Assembly (NCBI GenBank): GCA_016748015.1
Contig: JAAOMT010000445.1
Coordinates: forward strand, 62,001-126,000
Length of the DNA: 64,000 nt
Direction: 5' to 3'
Source of the DNA: Geosiphon pyriformis uo1
Taxonomy: Eukaryota; Fungi; Glomeromycota
Part shown: positions 25,401 through 40,849 of the stretch, one piece after another
How positions within the stretch are numbered: position 1 is the first letter of the stretch
Layout: each line of letters opens with the position of its first letter
Made by a program: the position numbers and the translations under genes
Notes under the pieces: model-generated
Told to the model about the DNA's origin: nothing
What the model saw: only the letters and a program-made list of their open reading frames with translations
Databases searched by the model: none

Positions 25401-28307
25401 TCAGCCTTTTTCTTACTGAAGGCCATATCAATCAAATCTCTTTCATATTCCTCGACTGGTCTAAATGGCTTCCGATGGCGTTTTAAGTCACGGAAATACT
25501 TTTTCGCATCGGCGTCAGTGCTGGTACCTAAACCCTGAAATTCCAAGATTCTTTTTTATGGTTTTCATCACCATAATGCAATAACCTATATTATTTCATA
25601 CAGATCTTACTTTGTAGTACTTAATAGTCCATCCTTTTCCGTCATCATTTTCTTCCTTCCATCTTTCATATTCGGGAATGGTAAAGAATGACAATACATT
25701 GTCTCTTCGTGTTACCTATAATAAGATTAATGTGTCAGAAAAATTTAACAAATCTTGAAATTGAATGATATATGGGCAAATTATATACCTTGACAATAGG
25801 GGTTATAAACTCTACCAAAAACCCGGAAATCTTCATTAGAGAGGGGAAAAAGTGATCCAAGAAGTTTATTATGAGCCCTTTGATGTGAGAGCCATCATGA
25901 TCCTATTAAAATAATAGCACGAATGAGATATCAAAATTAAAAGGGGAAAATTTTGAGAAATTACATACTTGATCAGTCATTATCATCAAGGAGCCATAGC
26001 GCAGAGAATCAATTGATGTATATTGTTTTTTCGTTTGCAGGCCCAAGATTTTTTTGATGTTACTGATTTCGGCATTGTTTAGGATCTGAGAATGAGAGGC
26101 TTCCCTAACATTTAGCAGTTTTCCTCGTAATGGGAAGACGCCATAGTTGTCTCGACCTACAATTTGCAGCCCAGCCACAGCAAGTGACTTGGCAGAATCC
26201 CCTTCTGTCAAAATTAATGTGCATTTTTTGCCATTTTTTGTTCCCGCATTATTCGCATCTTCCAACTTGGGAATACCATGAATTCTTGAGTGAAAGATCA
26301 AAATTTAATGTTTTTTCCTATACCAATAATTAAAAAATTCAATGACTTCCACTCGCTACCTTGATTTTTTGGCCCCATCAGTCCTTTTAAGCTGTTGATC
26401 TTGTTTGAACTTGATAAATTCGGTAATTGCTTCGACGACCCCGGAGTGCAAAACTATCAATGAGCGATATCGCATCGATTTGACAGTATGAATTTAGTTT
26501 CTATGATTTCGATCATTTTATAACATGTAGGCAAATACCTTTTTTAATAAAGCTATCAGTGATTTCGCATACAGAACCAAATCCATTAGAGCGCAGGGTC
26601 ATATTTTCTTTTGTTTGGGAATCGAACGCGGGGTTTTCAATTTTACAATTGATAAAGAGCCATATATGGCTTTTTACAACATGGGGTTTGATATCAGCCT
26701 TCGTTTTCTTCTTAACTGCCTCCAACAATTTGCTGGTAATTTGTTTCTCAATGTAGTCGACATGAGTCCCTCCTTTTGCAGTGCAGATACTGTTAACAAA
26801 ACTGACCTACAAAAAGTCCAAACTTAGGTGAGAATACTAAGTGATCAGCAGATGGTGGAAAATCTTACTTGTTGAAATTGACCATCGGTTGAAGGCGTTA
26901 AACTAATTTCCCATCGCGGGTGAGGAACATCGTAGATAATTGCAGGCTTTGGAGAATCATCCTCAGCTGGTTTCTTGGAGTCTATATAAAGCTGGACATA
27001 CTCTTTGAAGTTCTTGATTTTGATTTGGTGGTCGTTCAAGTAAACCTTAACGTTTTCAGTTATTCCGGCCATGTCATATGCACGCTTCTTCAGGAGGGAT
27101 TCGAGATCATCATCAATCTCTTCCATACCGAACTTTTCGAGATCTGGTTTAAAGGTAATTTTGGTAAATTCCTCACCGAATTTGTTCGATCTAATTTCGG
27201 GCTCTTCTACGACGCTCATGTTTTTACGGAAAACTTGTTTATAAATTTTATTCTTGTCAGCGGTTTCAACTATAAACTCTTTACTGAATATGTTGGCTAA
27301 CTTAGCACCATATCCATTTCTTCCACCAGTCACTTTTTTTTGGTTATCATCGTAGTTGGAGGATGTGAGGAGATGTCCAAAAATGAGCTCAGGAACATAA
27401 ATTTTTTCTTCCTTATGAATTTCAATTGGAATACCACGACCATTGTTGAAAACAGAGATTGAATTCTGCACTCTATCAATGTTTACTTTGATCATAGTCA
27501 TCGATTTATCACGAGCCTATAAAAATCCTGATAAGAATTAAAAGCTATAGAAAGTAACAACAAAAGACATCTGAATTTACCTTATTGTCTGCAGCGTTGA
27601 CTAATATTTCATCTACGATTTTATATAATCCAGGAACTATCTTGACGTCTCTTCAAATAAAATAATAGATAAAAGCTAATTAGAAAAGATCAAATGAAGT
27701 TGAAATCAGGTAAGAATCTTTCAAAATAATACCTGTTAACTAAGAGATTGGTCTCCTTATCGAGAACCCACAAAGGTAAAGTGATAGCCTCAACTGATCC
27801 TATGTAGGTATCGGGCCGCAACAAGATATGTTCTAATTGAGTTTTTTTTTGATATATTTCTTCAATTGTTTTGTTCTCATCGTATACTGTATCCTCGCCA
27901 CCAAAAGTCAATTTTGGCTCATTATCTTCATCCAACAATTCGTTTGACTCTTCTTCTAAGGTTGAAACTGCTTCCTTTTTAGCTGTTTTTCTGGATTTAG
28001 CGGTAGTAGCAGCCTTTTTGGTAACTCTAGTAGTAGCAGGTTTTTTGGTGGTGGTGGCCTTTTTGCCCCTTTTTTGGGTTGTAATAGAGGTGGAGACATC
28101 TTCTTTATCACTTCCACGTTCTTCGTCAAATCCCAAGTTGGTTAAGTTTTTAGCAGACCTTTTGGAATTAGCAAGATTCAATCGCTTATTCTCATCGCTA
28201 TCGAAAGTAACTTCTTCAAAAGGTTCAGCGGCGGCTTTAGAAGCTCTCTTTGGTTTAGTCCCGGTACCACGTGCGTTTTTAGTCGTACTGCTAGGAGCTC
28301 GCTTCAT
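22460..28307 (-). CDS. TOP2: DNA topoisomerase II (type IIA), multi-exon
   Basis: YQKKTQLEHILLRPDTYIGS; GHKL motifs (NNGRGIP, TGGRNGYGAKL); TOPRIM motifs LILTEGDSA, PLRGKLLNV and IMTDQ|DHDGSH; YHHGE; catalytic AASARY (~24772-24790); acidic/basic C-tail ending at 22460. Likely start MKRAPSS at 28307. Confidence 0.97.
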
Positions 28308-28544
28308 ACTCTTCTGGTTTTTCTCAATTTTTGTAGGGATTACAGGGAATATTGCTAGTAATTTAGATAAATTTGGCTTTTGTAGGGGAGAAGGGATGTT
28401 CAAGCGACGTGTCAAACTACTTTGCCGTATCTGTAAGTTTGTAGGACAAAGGGTAATTAAGGTAGGATAGTTGTTGAGAGTTCCTAGTAGGTAAGAGCCC
28501 TTCTTATTTATCCCTGTTCTTCCAATAAATAAACAGAAACTAAT

Positions 28545-28675
28545 GAAACGCGTCTTTTTCATAAGCCTTTCAATTTTATGTACCACGTAGGCCAATAATC
28601 TTTAAAAGTTTTTAATGATGATTTCAATCTGATATATAATGTGAAGACGCGTTGAATTTAAATATAAGACGCGAC
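28545..28675. promoter_or_regulatory. Cluster of three MCB-like (ACGCG[T/A]) elements upstream of TOP2
   Basis: ACGCGT at 28548-28553 and 28647-28652, ACGCGA at 28669-28674; all in an AAGACGCG context (the first on the minus strand). Confidence 0.5.
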
Positions 28676-29268
28676 CATTGTATATAAACTTTAAAAGTCA
28701 TACATATTAGTAATAGTGAGTCCTATAATGTTTGGATATTATGAAGTGATCTTCCGCTTACCCGTGATTATTCAACAAACCAATACACACCAGCCAACTA
28801 AGACTTTCAGGGCCGTTTGAACCACTTAATGCGTTTTGCCCGTTGGAAGTTCTCCAATTACTTGGACCGCCTAGTTCAAATTACACCAAGGTAATATGAG
28901 TTACTGATTTTCAACCCACCAAATAAAGTTTTAGAAAATAACGTCATTTAAATTTACTTTTTGTGGATTTTCAAATTTCGCTGGCCCGAAAATTTCTGTT
29001 TACTAAAAAATCATTAAATTTTTTTGTTGTCATCGAATTTGATACCCCTATTAAACAATAGAAACTGTTCCTGCATCATAATGATCGAAAAAACAAAGTA
29101 AAATTTTTTTGAACACTCAAAAGAATTATTATTAGGGTAATTTGATCATGAACTAGAGGTCGAATAAATAAATTAAAGATGCCAAAATTGGGATTATACG
29201 AGAACACCCTATGGTGCATATTCAGAAATGACTAGATCCTCCTGTTCCGCTGAATAATAAACTTTGTA

Positions 29269-31661
<2,393 letters not shown>

Positions 31662-32229
31662 GTTTTGACGTGTTTAGAAAAATGTTCAATTGAAACGGTA
31701 CAATAAAATAATCGCGCGCGCGTTATCGCTTAGAGTATCTGGCATAAACAAGTTATCGATCTTTCATCAGTTATCAATACGTGTAAAAAATTTTGTAGCA
31801 CAGAAAGTAGGTCGGGTTCGATGAAATCATATGCGTCATATAATTATGTTGAAGTTGATAAACAATATGCATGTGAATCTACACCTTTTTTAAATAATAA
31901 TAATAATAATAAATATTTATATTTACATTTATAAATTAATGCTTAGCGTTTTCTTAATAATAGATGTTTATTTTTAATAATTAATATAATATATATTTTA
32001 ATTACAATTATATAAAAATTTTATTTAAAAATTAAATAAAAATATATATATCAAAAAATACTAAATTAAAAAAAATTTTTAATAGATTATTTTTTATAAT
32101 TATAATTTGTTATTAAATTTGTTTTTTTTTACTGTTTATTTTAGTTTATAAAAATACTATAATTATAGTTTTTTTTTGAAATGTTAATATTGTTTTTGTT
32201 GTTAATTCTGTTGTTAATATGTTGTTAAA

Positions 32230-32560
32230 CTTATAATAAAATGGCCAATTCTGTGCCAATGACTTGTATAATTACTTTGCAATAAAAGTTAACTCTTTTA
32301 CAAAAAGTTTTAACTGTAAGCTTTTCAATAATATGTAGTTATTTTGCAGTAAAAATCAATTTTTTTACAAAAAATCTTGATTATAAACTATTTAATAATA
32401 TAAAAAGAAATAAAAAAAGAATAATTTTCTATTCAGATTTTGAATTAACTAAGTAATTATTAAAATTGATAATTAATAAATTTTAATATATTTAATTGAA
32501 ATTTATAAATTTTAAACAATAATAATTATAAAAAAAGTTTGGTTTTTTAAAGTATAATTA
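32230..32560 (-). mobile_element. Heavily eroded LTR fragment related to the element-A LTR
   Basis: tggccaattctgtgcc...attactttgcaataaaagttaactcttttaca...ttttctattcag aligns by eye to 52177-52520. Confidence 0.6.
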
Positions 32561-32949
32561 ATAATAAAAAAATAAAAAATTAATAATTAGTTTAATAATA
32601 ATTAAATTATAATACAATTTAATTAAAAATCTAAATTAAATACAAAAAAATCTTAACAAATTAAAAAACATTAATAAAAATTAATAATTAATACATGTAA
32701 TTTGATAATAGCAAATTTTATTATGTTTTAAAATTCTCTTATGCTTTTATTTAAATAATTTAATATTCTAAATTTATAATTATTATTAAAAAATATAATT
32801 AATTAATTTGCTTTTAATTATATTAAGTAAAATTAAACCAAATTAATTAAATTATTTATTTATTTATTTATTTAATAAGTAAAATCTAAATATTATTTAA
32901 CATAATATATTAAACTAAGTAATCTAAACTAAATACAAATTATGTATTT

Positions 32950-33720
32950 TCTATATGTAATCAGCCACTTAGATCAATTAGAGTAATACTATAAATCTAT
33001 CTTAATAAACACTATACTATTAATATTAAAAAAAAAACTACAAAGCTTACAAAAACCAAAACTAATACTATATATCTTTGCAATTTCAAACAACTTAATA
33101 ATACTATTAAAAAGCAAAAATAAAAGACTACAGATCTTAAAAGACACTGAACTATCTTGTATAATTAGGTCTTTTTTTTTATTATTATTTTATATTTAGC
33201 TTTTATCATTCATATTTTAACATGATAAGCTGTCTTCAAGCTCTGTACTAAATCAACAACTTTTCTATTAAGAATCTTGGCATTATTGAAAATAGATACA
33301 GTCTCTAAGTATTATTTCTTAAACACAAAATTTTTATACAAAACAGTATACACAGCATCATTAGAATTACACAAAGAAAACATCTGTAAAATATGAAACA
33401 ATAGCAAACTTAAACCTGATACAACACTCTATTGAACCAAATATGATTCAAGCAAGTTAATATGAGCAGCAAAGTTTATCAAACACACAAAAAATGATTG
33501 GAAGTCTCTACCTTTCCACAATTAAAACACAATACACTAGGATATCTTCTATTATACAAATATTTTCAAATAATAAATGGCAAATAATAGTAAAAAGCTT
33601 TTATAAAATATAAGCATAAATCAATAGTAGATTTATTTGTAAAACTAATTATTATATGTAAGTTAGAATGTTAAATTTAGGAAATTTGAACTAATTTACA
33701 TTTCTTGCTATACTTATATT
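32950..33720 (-). mobile_element. Decayed 3' fragment of a LINE related to the one at 42737-64000
   Basis: 33241-33500 parallels 43125-43400, and 32955-33000 parallels the 3' UTR at 42830-42880. Confidence 0.65.
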
Positions 33721-33920
33721 AATAATATCAGATTCAAATTCAATCTTTTAGTGTGCATAATAAACAGTCTTAAAAATTCTACAGATAAAATAACAAACAT
33801 TTTTAGACACTACTATTCTATTAGTCCTAATATATTTTTTATTGATAATAACAAAAAGCATTAAATTTGAATATAAAACTAAATTGGCCAGTTTATTAGT
33901 ATACTTATTGCCCAATACAC

Positions 33921-34473
33921 TATTATTTAAGTAGAAAAACCAATCTAAAGTTATGGAAAAAATATGACCAAAAATATAATGACATGAAATAATACAAGAT
34001 AACACAAAAAATACAAAATAACGTATAACTTAAAATAACATAATACAAAACTCAATAATATATTATAGCACAAAATAATTAATTAAAACATAGAATAATT
34101 AATAATAATATAAAAAAACAAAATAATAACAGAAATAGCAAAGCAAATAGCTAACAAGAACAAAACAATTTTGTAGAACCAAAAAGAATATATAAAAATG
34201 AGTAGTTGTAAAAGTTAGAAAAACAGCCAAAAAAAAATCAATTTTCTTTTCTTATAACTATTACACCTTATGAAAAATAAAAAATCTATTTAAAACTTGA
34301 AATTATTAATATATGGTCACCAATTATCTCATATTCTCTTTAAACTAATTATTGTTTCATATTTTTATTCTGGGCCAGATGCTTTTAGCATAAATGCTTC
34401 GAATTCTTGATAATCTGAACCAATTGTTCTTAATTATGACAATTGATAATACTAATTTATCTTCTTTTATTTT

Positions 34474-34506
<33 letters not shown>

Positions 34507-35347
34507 TTATTTTTATTCTCTCTTGTAAAGCAGCAATATAGAAAAATCAACTGTCTAGAAATAGACTTTATGATAGTCTAATAAAAGAGGAAAGTTTTCC
34601 CTAAATTTGAATATTAACATTATCTTGGTAGCTTATTAGAAGGGTGAAAAGACACTACCAGACTCTAATAACTGTGCTTATTAGTTCAGAAAAAATAGCT
34701 CACATTCACATATAAGAAGTTGCAACACTACAAACCATCTTTCTGTGCTTTATAACTAAAGAACTTTATGAGTAAATTTATCTTTAACAAAAAACTTTTA
34801 GAGACTAATAAACTAAATACAACAGACAGATCTATAAAAACTCTTTAAAGCTTTTTTCAAACTAAAAGTTAGAGCACTAAACATTACTATTATATCCTGC
34901 CAAGTTTATTCATAACAATATAGATTTTGAATTTGTTTAATATTTTTTTTATTTTTATAAGATAAAATATAAATAAAATCAAGAAATATGTAACAAATAC
35001 AGATAGAAAGAAGTTGATTCTTTTTTTTTGCTATTTTTCTAACTTCTACAATTACTTATTTTTATAATTTTTTTGTTTTATAAGATTGCTTTTTAATTGT
35101 TTTGTTCTTGCTAGCTATTGTTTCATTATTTTTGTTATCACTTTATTCTTCTATATTATTACTAGTTATCTTATGTTTTAATTAGTTATTTCATGCTATA
35201 ATATGTTATGGAGTTTTGTATTATGTTATCCTAAGTTATTACATGTTATTTTGTGTTTTTTTGTATTATTTTGTGTTATTTTATGTCATCACATTTTTGG
35301 TCATGTTTTTTTCATAACTTTGGATTGGTTTTTCTATTTGGGTAATA
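33921..35347. mobile_element. Two oppositely oriented copies of an LTR-like repeat forming ~350-bp inverted repeats (33921-~34270 and ~34990-35347)
   Basis: Left tattatttaagtagaaaaaccaatctaaagttatgg... matches the reverse complement of right ...cataactttggattggtttttctatttgggtaata. The termini look like a decayed TGTTAC/GTAACA. Confidence 0.7.
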
Positions 35348-35349
35348 CT

Positions 35350-38300
35350 AAAAAACAGGATTTTTAACAAACTGAATTTTCTGAAAATAAAACTGCAGCA
35401 TCAAGATCAAACTCTTTTAACAATACTATCTTATTAGCTCAAATTGCTCAAAATGCCAACTTCTCAAATAGTGAGAAGTTTTTTAACAATTATGAAAAAC
35501 AGAATTAAAATTAAGCATTGAAAAATATCACTTTGGAAAAACAAATTTGATTTTTTTTGGTCATATTATTAGTAAAGATGGAGTGTTATCCAACTCAGAA
35601 ACAATTAATGCTGTAAAAAACTTTAAAATTCTCTAAAATACTACAGAACTAAGAGGATTTGTTGGCTTAGCTTCTTACTACCAAAAATTTATCAAAAAAT
35701 TTTTGGAAATTGCCAAATTTTTTAACCATTTCATCAACAAAGATGTTAAATACTAATGGATTTTAGCACAACAAACTGTATTTGATACCCTCAAAAAAAA
35801 ACTCATAGCAGCACTAATTTCTGTTTATCCAGACTTTAATAAACAGTTCTAGTTAGTCATTAATGCTTTATATATAGCTTTTGGTGCTATCTTATCACAA
35901 TTAAATAACAATGACAATAAGTGAGTAATTGCCTATGTCAATAGAACACTCAAATCAACAGAACTCAAATATAGATTAACAGAATTAAAAGCCACTGCAG
36001 TCATTTAGGCTCTTAAACATTTCCAATAATACCTAAAGAATAGAAAAGAATTTGATATTATAATTAGCAATATTGGTCTTAAATGGCTTAATAAAAAGAA
36101 ATTTGAACAAAGTGCTAAACAATCTTAATAAAATAATTTCCTAACAGACTACAAATATATTATATATCACAAACTAGGCAAATTACATACAAATATAGAT
36201 AGCTTTTTCAGAATAAGACAAGATTAGAATTTACACCAACAAATTATCAACTCAACAATAATTAACAAAGAAACAATGAATCCTAAAAACTACAACAATA
36301 TCAAAAACTATTTGAAAACTCTTATCATACCAAAAAACTGGTCTCCAAGTAAAAAACATTAATTACAACATCAATCAAAACAATATTTCATATATCACAA
36401 CAAAATCTATTACCAAAACCATAAAAATTCCAATTAATTTACTCAAATTAGTACAAGAAAACAAAAAAGAAACAATTTTTTATAACATATATACAGATTT
36501 TTTATTAGTATATTTAAAAAAAAATGGAACAATTCAAAGAATACTTGAACACTATTTTTGGCCCCATATGTAAAAAAATATTCAACAATATGTAAAATCT
36601 TGTGATAGTTGTCAAAAAAAATAAGGAATTTGCTCTACAGAATCTTTAAATTCAATTAAAGTTGAACAATCTTTCAATAGAATAGGAATTAATTTACTTG
36701 GACCACTATTCATCACAAACCAAGAAAACTATTATATTGTAGTTGCAATAGACTATCTCACTAAATGGTCTGAAGCCAGAGCTATTCAAAAAACAGATAC
36801 AAAATTAATAGCAAATTTTATCTACAAAGACATTATTTGTAGACATAGATGCCTAATTGAACTTTTATCTGATTAAAAACCACATTTTGTAAACAACTTA
36901 ATACAAAAAATTTGTAAATGGTTCAATGTTAAACAACTTCTATCTTTATCATATTATCTACAAATTAATAGAACATTTTAATAAAACATTGTGTAAATTA
37001 TTAGCCAAAGTCTCAACCAATTTTAAACAGAAATAGAATATCTTTATTCTATTAGTGTTACTAGCATACAAAACACTAAAACAAAATACAATAAAGCACA
37101 TACCATTTGATTTAGCTTATAGAAAAATAGCAATGTTATTAATTAATTTTATAGTAGAAACATATCTAGTACAACCAATTACTAAAAAAAACTTTCAAAA
37201 GACATTACAACAAAGAGCTTACACTCTGCTCAATACTTTGAAAGGAAAACAATAAATAACAGCAACTCATATTAAACACTCTCAAGCTTAACAAAAAGAA
37301 TAGTATGACAACAAATTGTTACCAGTTATTAATGAATTTAAAATTAGAAACAAAGTTTTCTTATACAAAACTAAGACTAAAAAACAATAGAGTAGAAAAT
37401 TTGAACATAAATAGGATAGATCATTTTATATTTATAAAATCCTAAACAATGAATTATAAAAGTTAAAACTTAATAACAAAATCCTAACAAAAGTTGTACA
37501 TAAAGATTGATTGAAACACTATTATTCTAGAACAAAGCCTGAACTATTAATTCTACAAATTGATACACATTTTCTTTTAATTAATCCCAAAGATATTTCT
37601 CAAAATTTAGAACCAATAGTTGTAGTAAAACAACAACCAAACTTGAACACTTAATTTAACAGTACTCATTATAATTTTTTTTAATAATACACAAACATAA
37701 AACAAAAATAATAAATAATTACAAAAAATACTCAAACCCAAAAACACATAAAAGTCTTATACTCAATATAACTTCTTTATTCTTAGTTAGTCATTTTTAT
37801 CATGATTATTCTCCAAAATATTCAACAATTATCTCAAAAATTAATGTTAGCTTTAAAAACACTCCCTAATTTATCTATAACAATTAATAGAAATCAAATT
37901 AATTATACCCAAAAAGAAACTATGACACCAGTAGTAAATAATTTTCGAAATTATCACTCTTATAGAAAAAATACAAGAAGTTATTCTGAAATTCAATTAC
38001 TAGAACTTTTGAAACAAATATTAAAAGAAAACTTTTTAATGACTTCTATTGACATTTCAACAAATATTACAACTCAACAAAAACTTCTATTATTTCTCAA
38101 ACAAAACACTAAATATATTCTTATCTATAGATATTTTCAGATTGGAAAAACACTTTATGAATGAAACTGGAACTTGAAGCAACAAACATTATTCTTAAAT
38201 CTATACAAAAACAAATTCACAATAAATTCAAAACAATAGCTGAACCAATAAATATTTGCTACAAACTGAGAGCAGCTTTTAGACTTTATAATCTATTTAA

Positions 38301-38870
38301 CACTTGTGAAAATATCTTACAAAATCCAATATTTTATCCAATGAAGATTCAGTACATTAAAAAACTTACAGAACTGAAATTTTATCAATTTTCAGATTAG
38401 ATCACTTCAATTATTTTGGACTATTATCTTAATATTACAGATAGTGTTTGGACTTTAATAAAGCTCAGTTTTAAGGAGGAAGTTATATTATCAGTAGAAT
38501 TTTAATTATTAATTATGATGCAAACCATTTATAATTATCAAAAATGTAAATCAGTCTGAAATTTTAAATGATGATCTTTATGTGTTTTTATTTATATAAT
38601 TAAATTTTATTGGTTAATATACATGTGTTTTTAATATATTATTTATAAGTAAGAGGTTTATTAGGCTTTTACAAAAAAATCTGGGTTTTATTTACTTGAA
38701 CTAATACATTTCATACATTTTTTGCATCAAAACAAACTCATTAAAAAATATACAACACTAATAAAAAAGAGCTATTCAAGGGTATGGGCTTTAAAACAAC
38801 TTTAGTTTTCTCAATCAAAGTAAAACCAAAGATCTTTTAATTCCAATCTGATTCCTCTAAATTAACACCA
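35350..38870 (+). mobile_element. Gypsy element C: decayed, internally deleted relative of element A (RT C-terminus, RNase H, integrase, ORF3, PPT, start of 3' LTR at 38486)
   Basis: LRGFVGLASYY, VALNASY/FGAILSQ-type RNase H, IGINLLGPL and DYLTKWSEARAI integrase motifs, all with many stops. ORF3 at 37802-38500. PPT aaggaggaag at 38473-38482. Right end approximate. Confidence 0.85.
37802..38503 (+). pseudogene. ORF3 of element C
   Basis: MIILQNIQQLSQKLMLALKT...CYKLRAAFRLYNLF... is clearly homologous to ORF3 of A; interrupted by in-frame stops. Confidence 0.8.
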
Positions 38871-39764
38871 ACTGTTATAAGTTTCTTGATTATTGTGATA
38901 AGCTATTATATATCACATTCTAATAAGTTGTTGAAATATTTAACAATCGAAATTCTTTTTACAACCTAGGAAACCAATTTTAAAACTAGATTATGATTTG
39001 TTTAAATACATGATAGGTATTTTAGTCATTATATTTCTCTTTGGTATAATTCATTATTTAAATATTAAATTTAACCAGAAATCTTTATTACAGGGGATTT
39101 CGTATATCTCTTAAATTCAAGCAATTCTTTGAAATGCAACATTATAGTCATTAAAAAGTTATTTGTGAATTCAAAGTAAGTATTCACATTATAATAATGC
39201 AAGGTTACAAATAGAGTGCAAATAATATTTTCAAATTCTTTGATAATTGCTCATAGTACTTTTACAATTTCTTTGACACCTGATGTAAACAATATTGATA
39301 TCTGGGTTTTTGTTCCAATAATAACAACTGAATATAGTGATGGTATAAATAGAATATTCATGGTTAATAATGCCGTGTCACCAGTAGAAGACACACAGGC
39401 TAAGAGATATTATATCTTTATAAAAAAGTGATCATCTAAAGATTAGATTAATATTAATTGAAAGCCTTTCTGAAAATGATAATACTTCGATGATTTATCA
39501 CATAGTAATGTGACTTTAATGATTGCTGATTGGCTAAAATCTGATTGATTAGCATCCGAAAATTAAAGATTAATAATAAAAGTGGCTAATTTTAAACTTT
39601 AATAACTTTATAAATTATAATATAATTCAAAAAATTAAACTGTAAATGTAAAAGAAAAGAACTTAATCTATCATATTTACAGTTTAGTTTTTTAATATTA
39701 TTAAAATTGGAAGACTAGATACAATTTAAAATTATATAAATTGTTTAATGACTATAAATAGTTT

Positions 39765-40719
39765 GCATCATAGCATAAAATTACTCTTATAATTTCTATT
39801 ATTAATTAGTATATATTATTATTATTTCAATTATTACTTATTAATTAATTAAATTATTAAATATTATTACTCAATTAATAACTTGATTTGTACCATAGAA
39901 ATTAAGATGATCAAATTACACAATATTCTGAATCATTTATTATAGTCAAAATTTGCCAAAATTGATGAAAATTTGCCGAACTAATCAATAGTTTGTAGAA
40001 ATAACTTGTAGTTTGCCAAAATATATCTTTAGTTTATCAAAATTAGAGCAAAAAAAAAAGTGCAAGTTCAAAGACTAGTACTACAACAAGTTGTATAAAA
40101 GAAAAGCTTCTATCTTCAAGAAAATATATCTTATCTTCTTATAGTATCTTACCATAGTATCTTACTTTAGATATCTTAATTAGAACAAATTACCTTTTAC
40201 ATATTTAAATAAAAATTAAATATTCGAAAACCAAATTAGTTGATTATTGCACTTGAAATTCTCTCAACACAACTAATATTTTGAAATTAATTAGTTACCA
40301 ATTTCAGTAATCTGTTAGTGATTCCAGGCCTAAATAGAAAACGTTTTTCTTGTTAGAATTCTATTTCTTTTACATTTCTTTTATTTTTCCTTTTTTTTCT
40401 TATTATAATCATTAGAGTAGCCTATAGACAAAATTCCTGTAGAAGAGTTGACTTTCATAGCAAAGTAACTACATATTTTTAGTGAACTTTCAGATGAACA
40501 ATTTTTGGGAAAGAGTCGACATTTATTACAACATAGCTACATAAAATAATTGACAAGAAATTGGTCATTTCACTTATAAACTTAGCAGTTCAAATTATAG
40601 GAGATAATTTGAAGATAAATTCAGTTATTGGAGATTTAATTGCTTCCAGAAAACGTGAAATTAGCAACAGACAAATATTAACAACATTCAAAAAAAGAGA
40701 CCAAAAACCTTCAGTAATA
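39765..40719 (+). mobile_element. Solo LTR of the element-A family
   Basis: Reverse-complement similarity to 52025-53005 along nearly the whole length, ending ...ccaaaaaccttcagtaata (cf. ...ctccagtaaca). No flanking internal domain. Confidence 0.85.
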
Positions 40720-40849
40720 CCACTAATAAAAAAGCTTATCAATTCTATAGTAATAAATAGAAGTGTAATAAGAAAAATAACTACAAAAACAGAAAGAAGA
40801 AAACAGAAAAAAAAGCTATTTTGTCAATAAATCTATGCTTTTATTATGA

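Noticed and set aside
27871-28470. 199-aa hydrophobic + strand ORF
   Set aside because: Antisense to the Lys/Thr-rich TOP2 N-terminal exon.
38870-39440. Possible gene remnant between element C and the solo LTR
   Set aside because: No recognisable motif or consistent frame on either strand.
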